Positions 1 to 9,252 of a stretch of 64,000 bases of DNA are shown here, one piece after another. This stretch comes from an uncultured Pseudomonadota bacterium. Lineage in GTDB: Bacteria; Myxococcota_A; Polyangia; Fen-1088. The notes under the pieces are model-generated. The model searched no databases. It saw only the letters and a program-made list of their open reading frames with translations, and had not been told where the DNA came from. Position 1 is the stretch's first letter, and every line of letters begins with the position of its first letter. The position numbers and the translations under genes are program-made. The stretch spans positions 64,001 through 128,000 of the forward strand of contig CAWKBC010000027.1 of assembly GCA_963847705.1 (NCBI GenBank). The letters are read 5' to 3'.

Positions 1-8
1 ACGGGGAG

Positions 9-729
9 GTGCACTCCGAGTCACAGGCCGCCTTGCCACAGGACGGCGCCGCCGCGGCGGCCCTGCCAGCCGGCGCGGCTTACGCGCCGGCTGCGGTGGA
101 CAGCGAGGCGCCGCCCCGCCGCCGCCCCTTCCGCGCGACGTATGTCTCGCAGGAAAAGCAGGACCCGAGCTGGGTCCGTCATCCGGGAAACGGGCTCATG
201 TTCGACTTCGGCGCGTTCCTCGGCGGAACGGATTCTGGCGACGGCGACGCTCAGCGACGGGAGCACCAGCTCGTTGAGCGGCGGATTGGGGGTCCTGGCG
301 TCGGTCGGCGTGATGCTGACCCCGTTGTGGGTGGGAGACGGCGTGGGCTTCGGCCTCGACGCCTTCGCCAGCGTCAAATACGATTCGCTCGGCGACTCGG
401 GCAACAGCGTCTCGCTCACGCGGTACCCGCTCGGCCTGGGGGCCCATCTGCTGCTCCACCTCGACGATCGCTGGTGGTTCATCCTCCGCGGCGGCCTCAT
501 CAAGGAGACCGGAATCAGTCTCTCCGCGAGCGGCTACCCCGACGCCGGCCTCACGGGGTCACTGGGCGGCTTTGGCGAGGGTGGCTTCTACTACATCCCG
601 CATTTTGGCGACGACCACCTGGCCTTCGTCTTCACCTTCCGCTACAGCGCCTCGAGCGATTCGGCCAACGGCGCGACGATCAGCGCCAACAGCGGCGGCG
701 TGATCTGGGCCCTGCACCTCAACTTCTGA
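9..729 (+). CDS. Outer-membrane beta-barrel-like protein with an apparent +1 frameshift near 232; may start upstream of the window
   Basis: Frame 9.. reads ...GLMFDFGAFLGGTD, then frame 142..729 continues LATATLSDG... with alternating beta-strand pattern and C-terminal Phe (ALHLNF). Removing one T in GAT-T-CTG joins them. Confidence 0.55.
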
Positions 730-730
730 G

Positions 731-1084
731 CTACCTGAGATCGAGGAGCTCGACCTCGAACAGCAGCGTGGCGTTGGGCGGGATGACCCCGCCGGCCCCG
801 CGCGCCCCGTAGCCGAGGCCGGGCGGGATGAGCAGCGTGCGCTTGCCGCCGATCTTCATTCCCGCCACCCCTTCATCCCAGCCCTTGATGACCTGGCCGC
901 GCCCGAGCGCGAAGGAGAAGGGGCTCTTGCGATCGTGCGAGCTGTCGAACTTGGCGCCCTTGGCGCCGTCGTTCCAGAGCCAGCCGGTGTAGTGCATCAC
1001 GCACGTCCCGCCGGTCGCCTCGGCGCCGGTGCCGGGCTGGGTGTCTTCGTACTGGAGGCCGCTTGTCGTCGTGGTCATCGCCAT
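731..1084 (-). CDS. FKBP-type peptidyl-prolyl cis-trans isomerase
   Basis: [42 protein letters not shown] motifs. Confidence 0.96.
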   Translation of the reverse strand: MAMTTTTSGLQYEDTQPGTGAEATGGTCVMHYTGWLWNDGAKGAKFDSSHDRKSPFSFALGRGQVIKGWDEGVAGMKIGGKRTLLIPPGLGYGARGAGGVIPPNATLLFEVELLDLR

Positions 1085-1105
1085 GCGGCGGGTTATATCG
1101 CAGAA

Positions 1106-2989
1106 TCAGGCGCGTTTGGCCTCGAGCTCCGCCCAGCGGGTGTAAAGACGGTCGACCTCGGCCCGGCGCTCTTCGACCAGCGCCAGGAGCGCGATGAGGC
1201 GCGCGGCATCCGCGGCGTGCTCGGGACGCTCGCTGTCGGCGACCGCCTCGTTCACGGCGGCCTCGGCGCGGGCCAGGGTCTCCTCGATGGCGTCGTACTC
1301 GCGTTGCTCCTGGTAGCCGAGCTTGTTGCGGCGGCCGGCGCCGGAGGCCCCCCCGGCGGCCGCGTTGCTGGCCTTCGCCGCCGCGCGGGCCGCCACCAGA
1401 CGCTCGGCGCGCCAGCCTTCCCACTGCGCCAGGCTGGCGAACGGGACGATCGAGTTGGCGCCCGCCCGGGACCCGCTGGTCGGTGACGGCGAAGGTGCCG
1501 GCGAGGGCGCGGGATCGAACGCCAGGATCGTCGTGGCCACCTGGTCGAGGAAGTACCGATCGTGCGTCACCAGCAGCACGGCGCCGTCGAAGCCGGTGAG
1601 CGCCTCCTCGAGAACGGCCAGCGTCGGCAGATCGAGATCGTTGGTCGGCTCGTCGAGCACCAGGATCTGCGCCTCTTGCAGCATGAGCGCCGCCAGCAGG
1701 AGGCGGCTCTGCTCGCCGCCGGAGAGCTTGCCCACGGGGGTGTTCATCTGCTCGCTGGTGAAGAGAAACCGTTCGAGGTACCCGCGGACGTGCACGCGCG
1801 CGCCGCGGTAGCTGACGTAGTCGCCGTCGGGGCAGACCGTGTCGGCCAGCGTGCGCTCCGGATCGAGCGCGTCGCGCGTCTGCTGGAAGTAGGCGACCTT
1901 GAGACCGTCGGCGCGCAGGACGGTCCCCGCGGACGGCGCCTCGACGCCCAGGAGGACCCGGATCAGCGTCGATTTTCCGCAGCCGTTCGGACCGAGGAGC
2001 CCGACCCGCGTTCCGGGGCCGAGAAAGAGATCGACGCCCTGAAAGATCGTCCGGCCGTCGTAGCTCTGGGCGACCCCCTTCGCTTCCACGAGCCGCTTCG
2101 GGCGGCGCTCCGACGACTGGAAGTCGAGCGAAGCGGTGCGCGTCTGGTTGCGGCGGTCGAGCTCGGTCACCTCGTCGGCCAGCGTGCCGGCGCGCTGGAT
2201 GCGGGCCTGCTGCTTGGTGCTGCGCGCCGCCGCGCCGCGATGCAGCCATTCGGTCTCGCGCCGCAGGGTGTTGCGCAGGACGATCTCGCGCCGCTCCTGG
2301 GCGTGCATCTGCTCGCCCTTCACCCGGGTGTAGGCGACGTAGTCGCCGGCCACGCTCAAGAGGCCCCCGGCGTTGCGCCGATCGAGCTCGAGGATGCGCG
2401 TCGCCACCCGCTGCAGGAAGAGGCGGTCGTGGGTGATGGTCAGGGTGGCGAAGGGCGCGCGCGCCAGCAACACCTCCAGCGCCTCGATCCCCTCGACGTC
2501 GAGGTGGTTGGTCGGCTCGTCGAGCAGGAGCAGATCGGGTTGCCGGGCCAGCTCGCGCGCCAGCGCCACGCGCTTCTGCCAGCCGCCCGAGAGCGAGGCG
2601 ATGAGCGCGTCCGGATTGACGGCCGAGTCGTTGCGGCCGTCGAGCGCCAGGGTGGCCATCACCTTGCGCGCGATCTCCTCGCGCGCGTCGTCGCCGGCGA
2701 CCTTGGCCGAAGGGAGACCCTCCTCGACCGTGTCGCGCACCGTCGCGCCGGCGGTGAAGCGCGGAACCTGCTCGAGACGCGCCACGCGCAGGCCGCGGCG
2801 CCGCGCCACGTTCCCCTCATCGGGCCCCAAATCGTCGGCCAGGATCCGGAGCAAGGTCGACTTCCCGGCGCCGTTCGGGCCGATGAGGCCGATGCGCTCC
2901 CCCTCTTCGATGGTGAAGCTGACCCCCTCGAACAATGGCCGCGCGCCGAAGGCGGCCGACAGCTTTTCGACACCCAGCAGGATCCCCAC
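1106..2989 (-). CDS. ABC-F family ATP-binding protein (Uup-like)
   Basis: Two NBDs (GPNGAGKST/LSGG/DEPTNHLD and GPNGCGKST/LSGGE/DEPTNDLD), no TM segments, C-terminal coiled coil ending WAELE. Confidence 0.93.
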   Translation of the reverse strand: MGILLGVEKLSAAFGARPLFEGVSFTIEEGERIGLIGPNGAGKSTLLRILADDLGPDEGNVARRRGLRVARLEQVPRFTAGATVRDTVEEGLPSAKVAGDDAREEIARKVMATLALDGRNDSAVNPDALIASLSGGWQKRVALARELARQPDLLLLDEPTNHLDVEGIEALEVLLARAPFATLTITHDRLFLQRVATRILELDRRNAGGLLSVAGDYVAYTRVKGEQMHAQERREIVLRNTLRRETEWLHRGAAARSTKQQARIQRAGTLADEVTELDRRNQTRTASLDFQSSERRPKRLVEAKGVAQSYDGRTIFQGVDLFLGPGTRVGLLGPNGCGKSTLIRVLLGVEAPSAGTVLRADGLKVAYFQQTRDALDPERTLADTVCPDGDYVSYRGARVHVRGYLERFLFTSEQMNTPVGKLSGGEQSRLLLAALMLQEAQILVLDEPTNDLDLPTLAVLEEALTGFDGAVLLVTHDRYFLDQVATTILAFDPAPSPAPSPSPTSGSRAGANSIVPFASLAQWEGWRAERLVAARAAAKASNAAAGGASGAGRRNKLGYQEQREYDAIEETLARAEAAVNEAVADSERPEHAADAARLIALLALVEERRAEVDRLYTRWAELEAKRA

Positions 2990-2990
2990 G

Positions 2991-5240
2991 TTAGCCCTTC
3001 CGATGCTTGTCTTTGGGGCGTGCGGCCGGGTGGGGCTTCGGGTGAGACGCCTTCATGTAGGAGGGTTTCACGTAGGGCTTGGCGTGCGTGTGGGGCTTCG
3101 CGCCCGGATAGGGCTTGCCGTTCGGGCGCGGCCTGGCGCCGGCGTGCAGCTTCGCCGGATGACCCGACCCGGAGTGGGGCTCGGGCTTCACCGAGTGGAG
3201 CTCGGGCTTGACGGCGTGGGGCTCGGGCTTCACGGAGTGGCGAGGCTCTGCTTGGGGCGGTCGCTTGTCGCGCGCTGGCGAAAATGGCGCAAACCCATCG
3301 CGGCGTTTGGAGGGATGCCCGGGCCTCGGTGCCTGGGGGGCGAATCCCTCTCGGCTCTTGGGCGTCTGTTCGCGCGCGGGGGCAGAGGGGCCAAACCCCT
3401 CCGGACGCTTGTGGGCCTGTTCGGACGCTGGCGGGGTGGGGGTGTGCTCCTCACGTTGCGCGGGGCTGCGCTCGGGTGCGGCCATCGGCGCTGTCGGCCG
3501 CGCGCCGGCGCGCGAGATGACCACGTGGCGGGCGCGCGGATCGCTCTCCGCAGCGGCGTCGGCGAATTCAGGCGCGGCGTGTCCGGCGATCTCGAACGTC
3601 GTCTCGTGCGGGCCAATCCGGATGGCGCCCACCTCGCGCCGGGTGACCCCGCCGCGCCGGCAGATGAGCGGCAACATCCAGCGTGGATCGGCGTTGTCCT
3701 TGGCGCCGATGTTCACCCGAAAGAGGACCGCCTCCTTTGACAGCTCGGCCCGGTCGCGCGGGTGCGGTCGCTCGTTGCGGGCGCCGAATCCGTTGTCGCG
3801 TCCGCCGAAGCCGCGCTCGGCCTCGAGGCGCGGCGCCGCGATCGTTTGAACGGCCTCGCCCGCGGGGAGGCGAGCGAGCTCGCGCGCCAGGAGCCGCCGG
3901 ATCAAGGCCGGCGCCGCCAGCTCGGCCTCCAGCCGGAGCGCCAGCGCGTCGGCCCCTTCGGCGAGCTTCGGTTCATCACCGACGACCGGCGCCAGGAGCT
4001 CCGTCGCCAGTCGCTCGCGTGCCGCCGCGGCGATCGTCTCGCGCGAGGGGAGCGGCGTCCAGACCGGCTTGACGTGCGCGCTCATCAGAAGGCGCTCCGC
4101 CTTGCGGCGTTCCGCGGGCGTGGAGATGATGACCGCCGTCCCTTTGCGGCCGGCCCGTCCCGTGCGGCCGCTCCGGTGGGTCAGCGACTCGGCGTTGAGC
4201 GGCAGATCGGCGTGCACGATCAGATCGACGTCCGGCAGGTGCAGCCCGCGCGCCGCCACGTTGGTGGCGACCAGGATGCGCACCTCGCCGCGCCGGAGCT
4301 GATCGAGCGCGCGATCGCGCTCGGCCTGGGCGCGATCGCCCGAGATCGCCGTGGCCGCGAACCCGCGCGCCACCAGCGCCGCGTGCAGGTCGGCCACCGC
4401 CTCGCGGGTCGTCACGAAGACGATCGCGCGCTCGCTGTCCGAGGCGCGCAGCACGTTGACGACCGCCCCCAGGCGATCGCCCCCCGAGACCAGATGCGCG
4501 ACGTAGCTGATGTCGTCGTGCGCCTGGGAGGGCGTGGCGCCGCCCGCCTGCGAGCGGCGTGGATCGATCGCCACCGCGTCGCGCTGAAAGCGCTTGGCCA
4601 TCGCGCGGATCTCGGGCGGGATGGTGGCGGACAGCAGCAGCGTGCGCCGCTCGGCCGGCGCGGCCTTGAGGATCGTCTCCAGGTCCTCGCGAAACCCGAG
4701 GTCCAGCATCTCGTCGGCCTCGTCGAGGACGACCGCCTTGAGGCCGCCGAGCGGCAGCCGCTCGCGCCGCAGCAGATCGACCAGGCGCCCGGGCGTCCCG
4801 ATGACCACGTCGACGCCGCGCTCGAGCGTCCGCAGATCGCCGCTCACCGGCGTCCCGCCCGTGAACGACGCCAGCCGCAGCCGCGTGTCGGCCAGCAGCC
4901 AGGCCAGCTCGCCGCGGACCTGCGTCGCCAGCTCCCGCGTCGGGACGATGACCAGCGCTGCCGGCTCGCTGCGTGACTTGCTGCCGTAGGCGGGCATCGC
5001 CGCCCCGGCCACGGCGCCCGGCGCGCCTGCCTCGGCCCCCGGCGCGCCCAGCAGCGTCTCGGCGACGATCACCCCGAAGGCGATCGTCTTGCCCGACCCG
5101 GTCTGCGATGACACCAGCAGGTCCCGGCCGGCGACCGCCGGATCGAGCACCGCTGCCTGGACGCCGGTGGCGGTTTCGTACCCCCGCGCCGCCAGCGCCT
5201 TGGCCAGCGCCGGAAGAAGGTTGAGCTCTGCAAAATTCAT
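2991..5240 (-). CDS. DEAD-box RNA helicase with DbpA-type RNA-binding domain and low-complexity basic tail
   Basis: SQTGSGKT, PTRELA, TPGR, DEAD, SAT, ARGL, HRSGRTGRAG; FRVNIG...VGAIRI C-terminal domain. Confidence 0.95.
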   Translation of the reverse strand: MNFAELNLLPALAKALAARGYETATGVQAAVLDPAVAGRDLLVSSQTGSGKTIAFGVIVAETLLGAPGAEAGAPGAVAGAAMPAYGSKSRSEPAALVIVPTRELATQVRGELAWLLADTRLRLASFTGGTPVSGDLRTLERGVDVVIGTPGRLVDLLRRERLPLGGLKAVVLDEADEMLDLGFREDLETILKAAPAERRTLLLSATIPPEIRAMAKRFQRDAVAIDPRRSQAGGATPSQAHDDISYVAHLVSGGDRLGAVVNVLRASDSERAIVFVTTREAVADLHAALVARGFAATAISGDRAQAERDRALDQLRRGEVRILVATNVAARGLHLPDVDLIVHADLPLNAESLTHRSGRTGRAGRKGTAVIISTPAERRKAERLLMSAHVKPVWTPLPSRETIAAAARERLATELLAPVVGDEPKLAEGADALALRLEAELAAPALIRRLLARELARLPAGEAVQTIAAPRLEAERGFGGRDNGFGARNERPHPRDRAELSKEAVLFRVNIGAKDNADPRWMLPLICRRGGVTRREVGAIRIGPHETTFEIAGHAAPEFADAAAESDPRARHVVISRAGARPTAPMAAPERSPAQREEHTPTPPASEQAHKRPEGFGPSAPAREQTPKSREGFAPQAPRPGHPSKRRDGFAPFSPARDKRPPQAEPRHSVKPEPHAVKPELHSVKPEPHSGSGHPAKLHAGARPRPNGKPYPGAKPHTHAKPYVKPSYMKASHPKPHPAARPKDKHRKG

Positions 5241-5333
5241 GCGGCGCGAGGTCTACCGCACTTCCGTCCGGAACGAGAGGACCATATGAGGCCAGTCGCC
5301 TCAGCCGGAAGCGAAGTGGAGCAGCGCTGTGCG

Positions 5334-6167
5334 CTACGAGCCGGTCGAGACGACCGAGAGGCGCAGCAGGCAATCCTCCTCGAAGAGCGGCGCGCGCCCC
5401 GGCTGGAGCCGCTGCGAAAGCGCCGAGCTCAGCTCCATGTGCTCCACCTGGAACCCGAGGTCACGGTGGTAGCGGGTGACCTCCTCGCGATCCGCCGAGA
5501 GCCGAAAACGGCCGCTTCCAGGCGCCCCACCGAAGTCGTCGGCGACCCCCCGAAGCTTGAAGTCGTAGGCGAAGGCGCTGGCGGGGTGCAGCTTGCGCGA
5601 GAGCATCCGCAGAAACGTGGCGAAGGCCTCCTTCCCCACGTAGGGGCTCACCCCCTCCAGCATCACCAGCGCCGGCGCTGCGGGGGCGCGGGAGAGCCAC
5701 GCCTCGAGCGCGGGCCAGGCGCCGGCCTCGAGGTCGATGGGCTGATAGGCGACGTGCTCGGACGCCCCCCACAGCCGGCGGGCGAGCTGCTCCTTGGCCC
5801 GGATGGCCGGCTCCTGATCGCACTCCAGCACCTCCACGCGGTGCGCGCGCAGCGGGCCGGCGAACCGCTGGGCCCGGGTGTCGCTGCCGCACCCGATGTT
5901 GACGATGCGGGTGATTGAGCTCTCGAGCGCCTCGCCGAAGACCTGATCGTAGTACTTCGTGCGGGCGTTCAGGTAGGCGTAGAACGGGTTGGCCCTCAGC
6001 TTCGGAAGCAGCAAGGTCCCGCGCACCCAGCAGCCGAGTCGCTTCGACCAGGGGAGAAAGCCGCCCACCAGCCGGTCTGGGCCTCTGGCCGCGCCCTTCT
6101 CGAAGTGCGACTGGATGTAGCGCAGCTCGCCGACGCTCATCATGTAGCTGAGATTGGGGAGATTCAT
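5334..6167 (-). CDS. Class I SAM-dependent methyltransferase (LCM/O-methyltransferase-like)
   Basis: ARTKYYD, IVNIGCGSDTRA, LVMLEGVSPYV motifs; starts 4 bp after the glgA stop. Confidence 0.8.
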   Translation of the reverse strand: MNLPNLSYMMSVGELRYIQSHFEKGAARGPDRLVGGFLPWSKRLGCWVRGTLLLPKLRANPFYAYLNARTKYYDQVFGEALESSITRIVNIGCGSDTRAQRFAGPLRAHRVEVLECDQEPAIRAKEQLARRLWGASEHVAYQPIDLEAGAWPALEAWLSRAPAAPALVMLEGVSPYVGKEAFATFLRMLSRKLHPASAFAYDFKLRGVADDFGGAPGSGRFRLSADREEVTRYHRDLGFQVEHMELSSALSQRLQPGRAPLFEEDCLLRLSVVSTGS

Positions 6168-6171
6168 GGTG

Positions 6172-7662
6172 CTAGCCCGCGAAGCCGTGCCCCCGCCGTT
6201 TCTCGTAGGCCCGCAGATACAGATCCCGGTACGCCCCCGCCGCGCGGTCCCAGGAGAAGTCCTGCGCCATGGCCCGCTTCTTCATCGCGTCGATGTGCTT
6301 TGGGCGGTCGAACCAGGTCGAGACGGCCCAGCCGATGGTGTTGGCGAGCGACTCGGGGTTGAGGTCGGTGAACATGAAGCCGGTGCCGCCCGCGTTCGCC
6401 TCGTCGTAGTTCTGGACGGTGTCGACGAGGCCCCCGGTCGCTCTGACGACCGGCAGCGTCCCGTAGCGCAGGCTGTACATCTGGTTCAGGCCGCAGGGCT
6501 CGAAGCGGGACGGCATCAGGAAGAAGTCCGAGCCGGCCTCGATGCGGTGGGCGCGGCCGTTGTCGAACTTCAGCCAGGCCCGAAATCGGTCGCCGCGGTG
6601 GGCGTCGGCCCAGGCGAAGAAGCGCTCCGCGTCCGGATCGCCCGTCCCGAGCAGCACGATCTGCACGTCCCAGCCCAGGATGCGGTCGAGCGCGTGCGCC
6701 AGGACGTCGAACCCCTTCTGCGACGTCAGGCGTCCGACCACGCCGAAGAGCGGGACGTCGGGGCGAATGGCGAAGCCGGCCTCCTTTTGCAGCGCCGCCT
6801 TGCAGGCCGCCTTGCCGGCCATCTTCTTGGCGTCGAACTTCTTCGCCAGGTATTTGTCGACGGCCGGGTTCCACTCGTCCGTGTCGATGCCGTTCAGGAT
6901 GCCGACCAGGTCGCCGCTGCGCGCGCTGAGCACGCCGTCGAGCCCGCTGCCGTAGGGGCCGGTCTGGATCTCCCGCGCGTAGGTCGGGCTCACCGTCGAC
7001 AGGAGCGTGCTGTGGTGGAGCGCCCCCTTGGTCAGGTTCATGGCGCCGAAGTGTTCCAGCTCGTTCGGGTTGTAGTGCTCGCGCCCGAGGCCGGTGATGA
7101 AGATGCCGCCGCCGTCGAAGACCCCCTGGTAGGCCAGGTTGTGGATCGAGTAGATCGTCGCCGCCGCGTGCAGCGGCTGCATCCATTCGACCGTGTTGAC
7201 GTAGACGGGGACGAGCGCGGTCTGCCAGTCGTTGCAGTGGATGACGTCGGGGTAAAAGCCCAGCGCCTTGCACAGCTCCAGCGAGCCGCGCGACAGGAAC
7301 GTGAACCGCTCCAGGTTGTCGGGATAGCCCTCGGCCGGCGGCCCGTACAGGTAGGGGCGGTCGAAGTAGCGGTTGAACTCCAGGCAGTAGATCGGGACGT
7401 CGCTGTCAGGAAGCTTGCCGTGGCGCACGCGCGCCCGCGCCGAGCCCCACCACATCGGCACCGAGAGAAGGCCGTCCAGCGCGTCGAGCTCGTTCCAGGG
7501 CATCCCCGCGTAGAGCGGCATCACCACCCGCACGTCGATCCCCAGCGCGCGCAGCGACTTCGGCAGCGCGCCCGCCACGTCGGCCAGCCCGCCAGTCTTG
7601 GCGAAGGGGGCGCACTCCGAAGCGACGAACAGAACCTTGAGAATGGCGGCGGGACCGGCCAA
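6172..7662 (-). CDS. glgA: Glycogen synthase (GT5)
   Basis: KTGGLADV, HCNDWQTAL, SIHNLAYQG, GRLTSQKG, MPSRFEPCGL. Confidence 0.96.
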   Translation of the reverse strand: MAGPAAILKVLFVASECAPFAKTGGLADVAGALPKSLRALGIDVRVVMPLYAGMPWNELDALDGLLSVPMWWGSARARVRHGKLPDSDVPIYCLEFNRYFDRPYLYGPPAEGYPDNLERFTFLSRGSLELCKALGFYPDVIHCNDWQTALVPVYVNTVEWMQPLHAAATIYSIHNLAYQGVFDGGGIFITGLGREHYNPNELEHFGAMNLTKGALHHSTLLSTVSPTYAREIQTGPYGSGLDGVLSARSGDLVGILNGIDTDEWNPAVDKYLAKKFDAKKMAGKAACKAALQKEAGFAIRPDVPLFGVVGRLTSQKGFDVLAHALDRILGWDVQIVLLGTGDPDAERFFAWADAHRGDRFRAWLKFDNGRAHRIEAGSDFFLMPSRFEPCGLNQMYSLRYGTLPVVRATGGLVDTVQNYDEANAGGTGFMFTDLNPESLANTIGWAVSTWFDRPKHIDAMKKRAMAQDFSWDRAAGAYRDLYLRAYEKRRGHGFAG

Positions 7663-7666
7663 CGAA

Positions 7667-9250
7667 TCAGCTGGCGTAGATATGGTAGTCGATCTGCGGG
7701 AAAATGTTGTTCCGCGACTCGACGTCGGCCAACCAGCGCTCGTTCACCTTGGCGCCGCGCAGATCGTCATAGAGCTTGTTGAACTGCACGATGTGCTGGT
7801 TGATGCGCTTGGTCGCGTAGGGGACCGTGGTCCCGGTCCGCATGATGAACGTCCAGTCGCTCGACTGCGCCAGCATCAGCTCGCGGGCGGCCTGATTGAG
7901 GGCGCGGGTGGTGAGCGGGTCGGCGCTGGGGTGGCGGCGCGCGAGCTCAATCATCCGCTCGCCGGCCGTGTGCAGGTGGCGGTAGGTCCAGGAGTTGGTC
8001 TCGTTGATCCAGTAGTCGTTGTAGCCCTTGGCGCCCCACGACGAGGCGCAGGGGGTGGCCACCTGGTTGGTGTCGTAGCGATCCAAGTAATCGCCCGGCG
8101 TGATGGTCTCGACGTCGTGCTGATCGAAGTGCATCTGGCGGAAGACGTCGCCCAGGAACATCGGCCCCTCGTACCACCAGTGCCCATAGAGCTCGGCGTC
8201 GTACGGGCTGACGACAATCGGCGGGCGGTTCATCTGACTGCGCAGGCGGTTGACCTGCTTTTCGCGGTTGCCCCGAAAGTGGGAGGCGTGCAGGCCCACC
8301 TTGCCGCGCGCGATGTCCGGGTCGTAGACCCACTTGTCGTGCAGCTGGTTGTGGGTGATGGCGTGGTACTTGATGCCGGTGTACATCCGGTGCCCTTCCG
8401 GGTGGATGTACGGCTTGATGTAGTCGAGCGGCAGGTCGAAGCCGATGTCGCGGTAGAAGTCGCGGTAGTGCTTGTCGCCGGGGTAGCCCTCCTGGGCGCT
8501 CCAGACCTGCTCCGACGACTCCATGTCGCGGCCGAAGGCGGCCACGCCGCTCGGGCAGTAGAGCGGGGCGTAGACGCCGTACTGCGGGCGCTGGTCGGCG
8601 AACAGGATGCCGTGCGTGTCGACGAAGAAGTAGCGGACGGCCGCCTCGCGCAGCAGCTCGTCGACGCCGGGGACGAAGCCGCATTCGCCCAGCCACATGC
8701 CGCGCGGGCGGTGGCCGAAGTTCTTCTCGAAGAGGTCGGCGGCGACGTGGATCTGGGCCCGGATGTTGGCCCAGTTGCGGTCCATCGCCGGGAAGAAGGC
8801 GTGCGTCGCGGTCGAGGTGATCACCTCGACGCGGCCGGCCTCCTCGAGGTGGCGGAAGGCCTTCACCAGATCGCCGCCGTGGCAGCGCCAGGTGTGGCGC
8901 AGCGAGCGGAAGCGGTCGGCGTACATATAGGCCAGCCGCTGGTAGTGCCGCTCGGGGCGCGTCCGGTCGATCTCTTTTTCAGCCAGCTCGATCAGCTTGT
9001 CGAGGTGCGCGGCGTAGCGGACCTTCAGCAGATCGTCGGTCAGCATCGTGATGAGCGGCGCCGACAGCGAGACCGTGCAGCGGTAGGGGACGTGATCGGC
9101 GATGAGCCCCTCGAACGTCTGCAGGAGCGGCAGGTAGGTCCCGGTGATCGCCTCGTAGAGCCACTGCTCCTCCATCACCGTCGGATCTTCCGGGTGACGC
9201 ACGAAGGGGAGGTGGGCGTGCAGCACCAGCGCGAAATAGCCGTTGGGCAT
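7667..9250 (-). CDS. GH57 1,4-alpha-glucan branching enzyme (DUF1957-containing)
   Basis: LVLHAHLPFVRHP, WLGECG, PYDAELYGHWWYEG, LAQSSDW. Confidence 0.93.
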   Translation of the reverse strand: MPNGYFALVLHAHLPFVRHPEDPTVMEEQWLYEAITGTYLPLLQTFEGLIADHVPYRCTVSLSAPLITMLTDDLLKVRYAAHLDKLIELAEKEIDRTRPERHYQRLAYMYADRFRSLRHTWRCHGGDLVKAFRHLEEAGRVEVITSTATHAFFPAMDRNWANIRAQIHVAADLFEKNFGHRPRGMWLGECGFVPGVDELLREAAVRYFFVDTHGILFADQRPQYGVYAPLYCPSGVAAFGRDMESSEQVWSAQEGYPGDKHYRDFYRDIGFDLPLDYIKPYIHPEGHRMYTGIKYHAITHNQLHDKWVYDPDIARGKVGLHASHFRGNREKQVNRLRSQMNRPPIVVSPYDAELYGHWWYEGPMFLGDVFRQMHFDQHDVETITPGDYLDRYDTNQVATPCASSWGAKGYNDYWINETNSWTYRHLHTAGERMIELARRHPSADPLTTRALNQAARELMLAQSSDWTFIMRTGTTVPYATKRINQHIVQFNKLYDDLRGAKVNERWLADVESRNNIFPQIDYHIYAS

Positions 9251-9252
9251 GG

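Noticed and set aside
3175-3240. HSVKPEP 21-bp repeats in the helicase tail
   Set aside because: Low-complexity basic tails are common in DEAD-box helicases.
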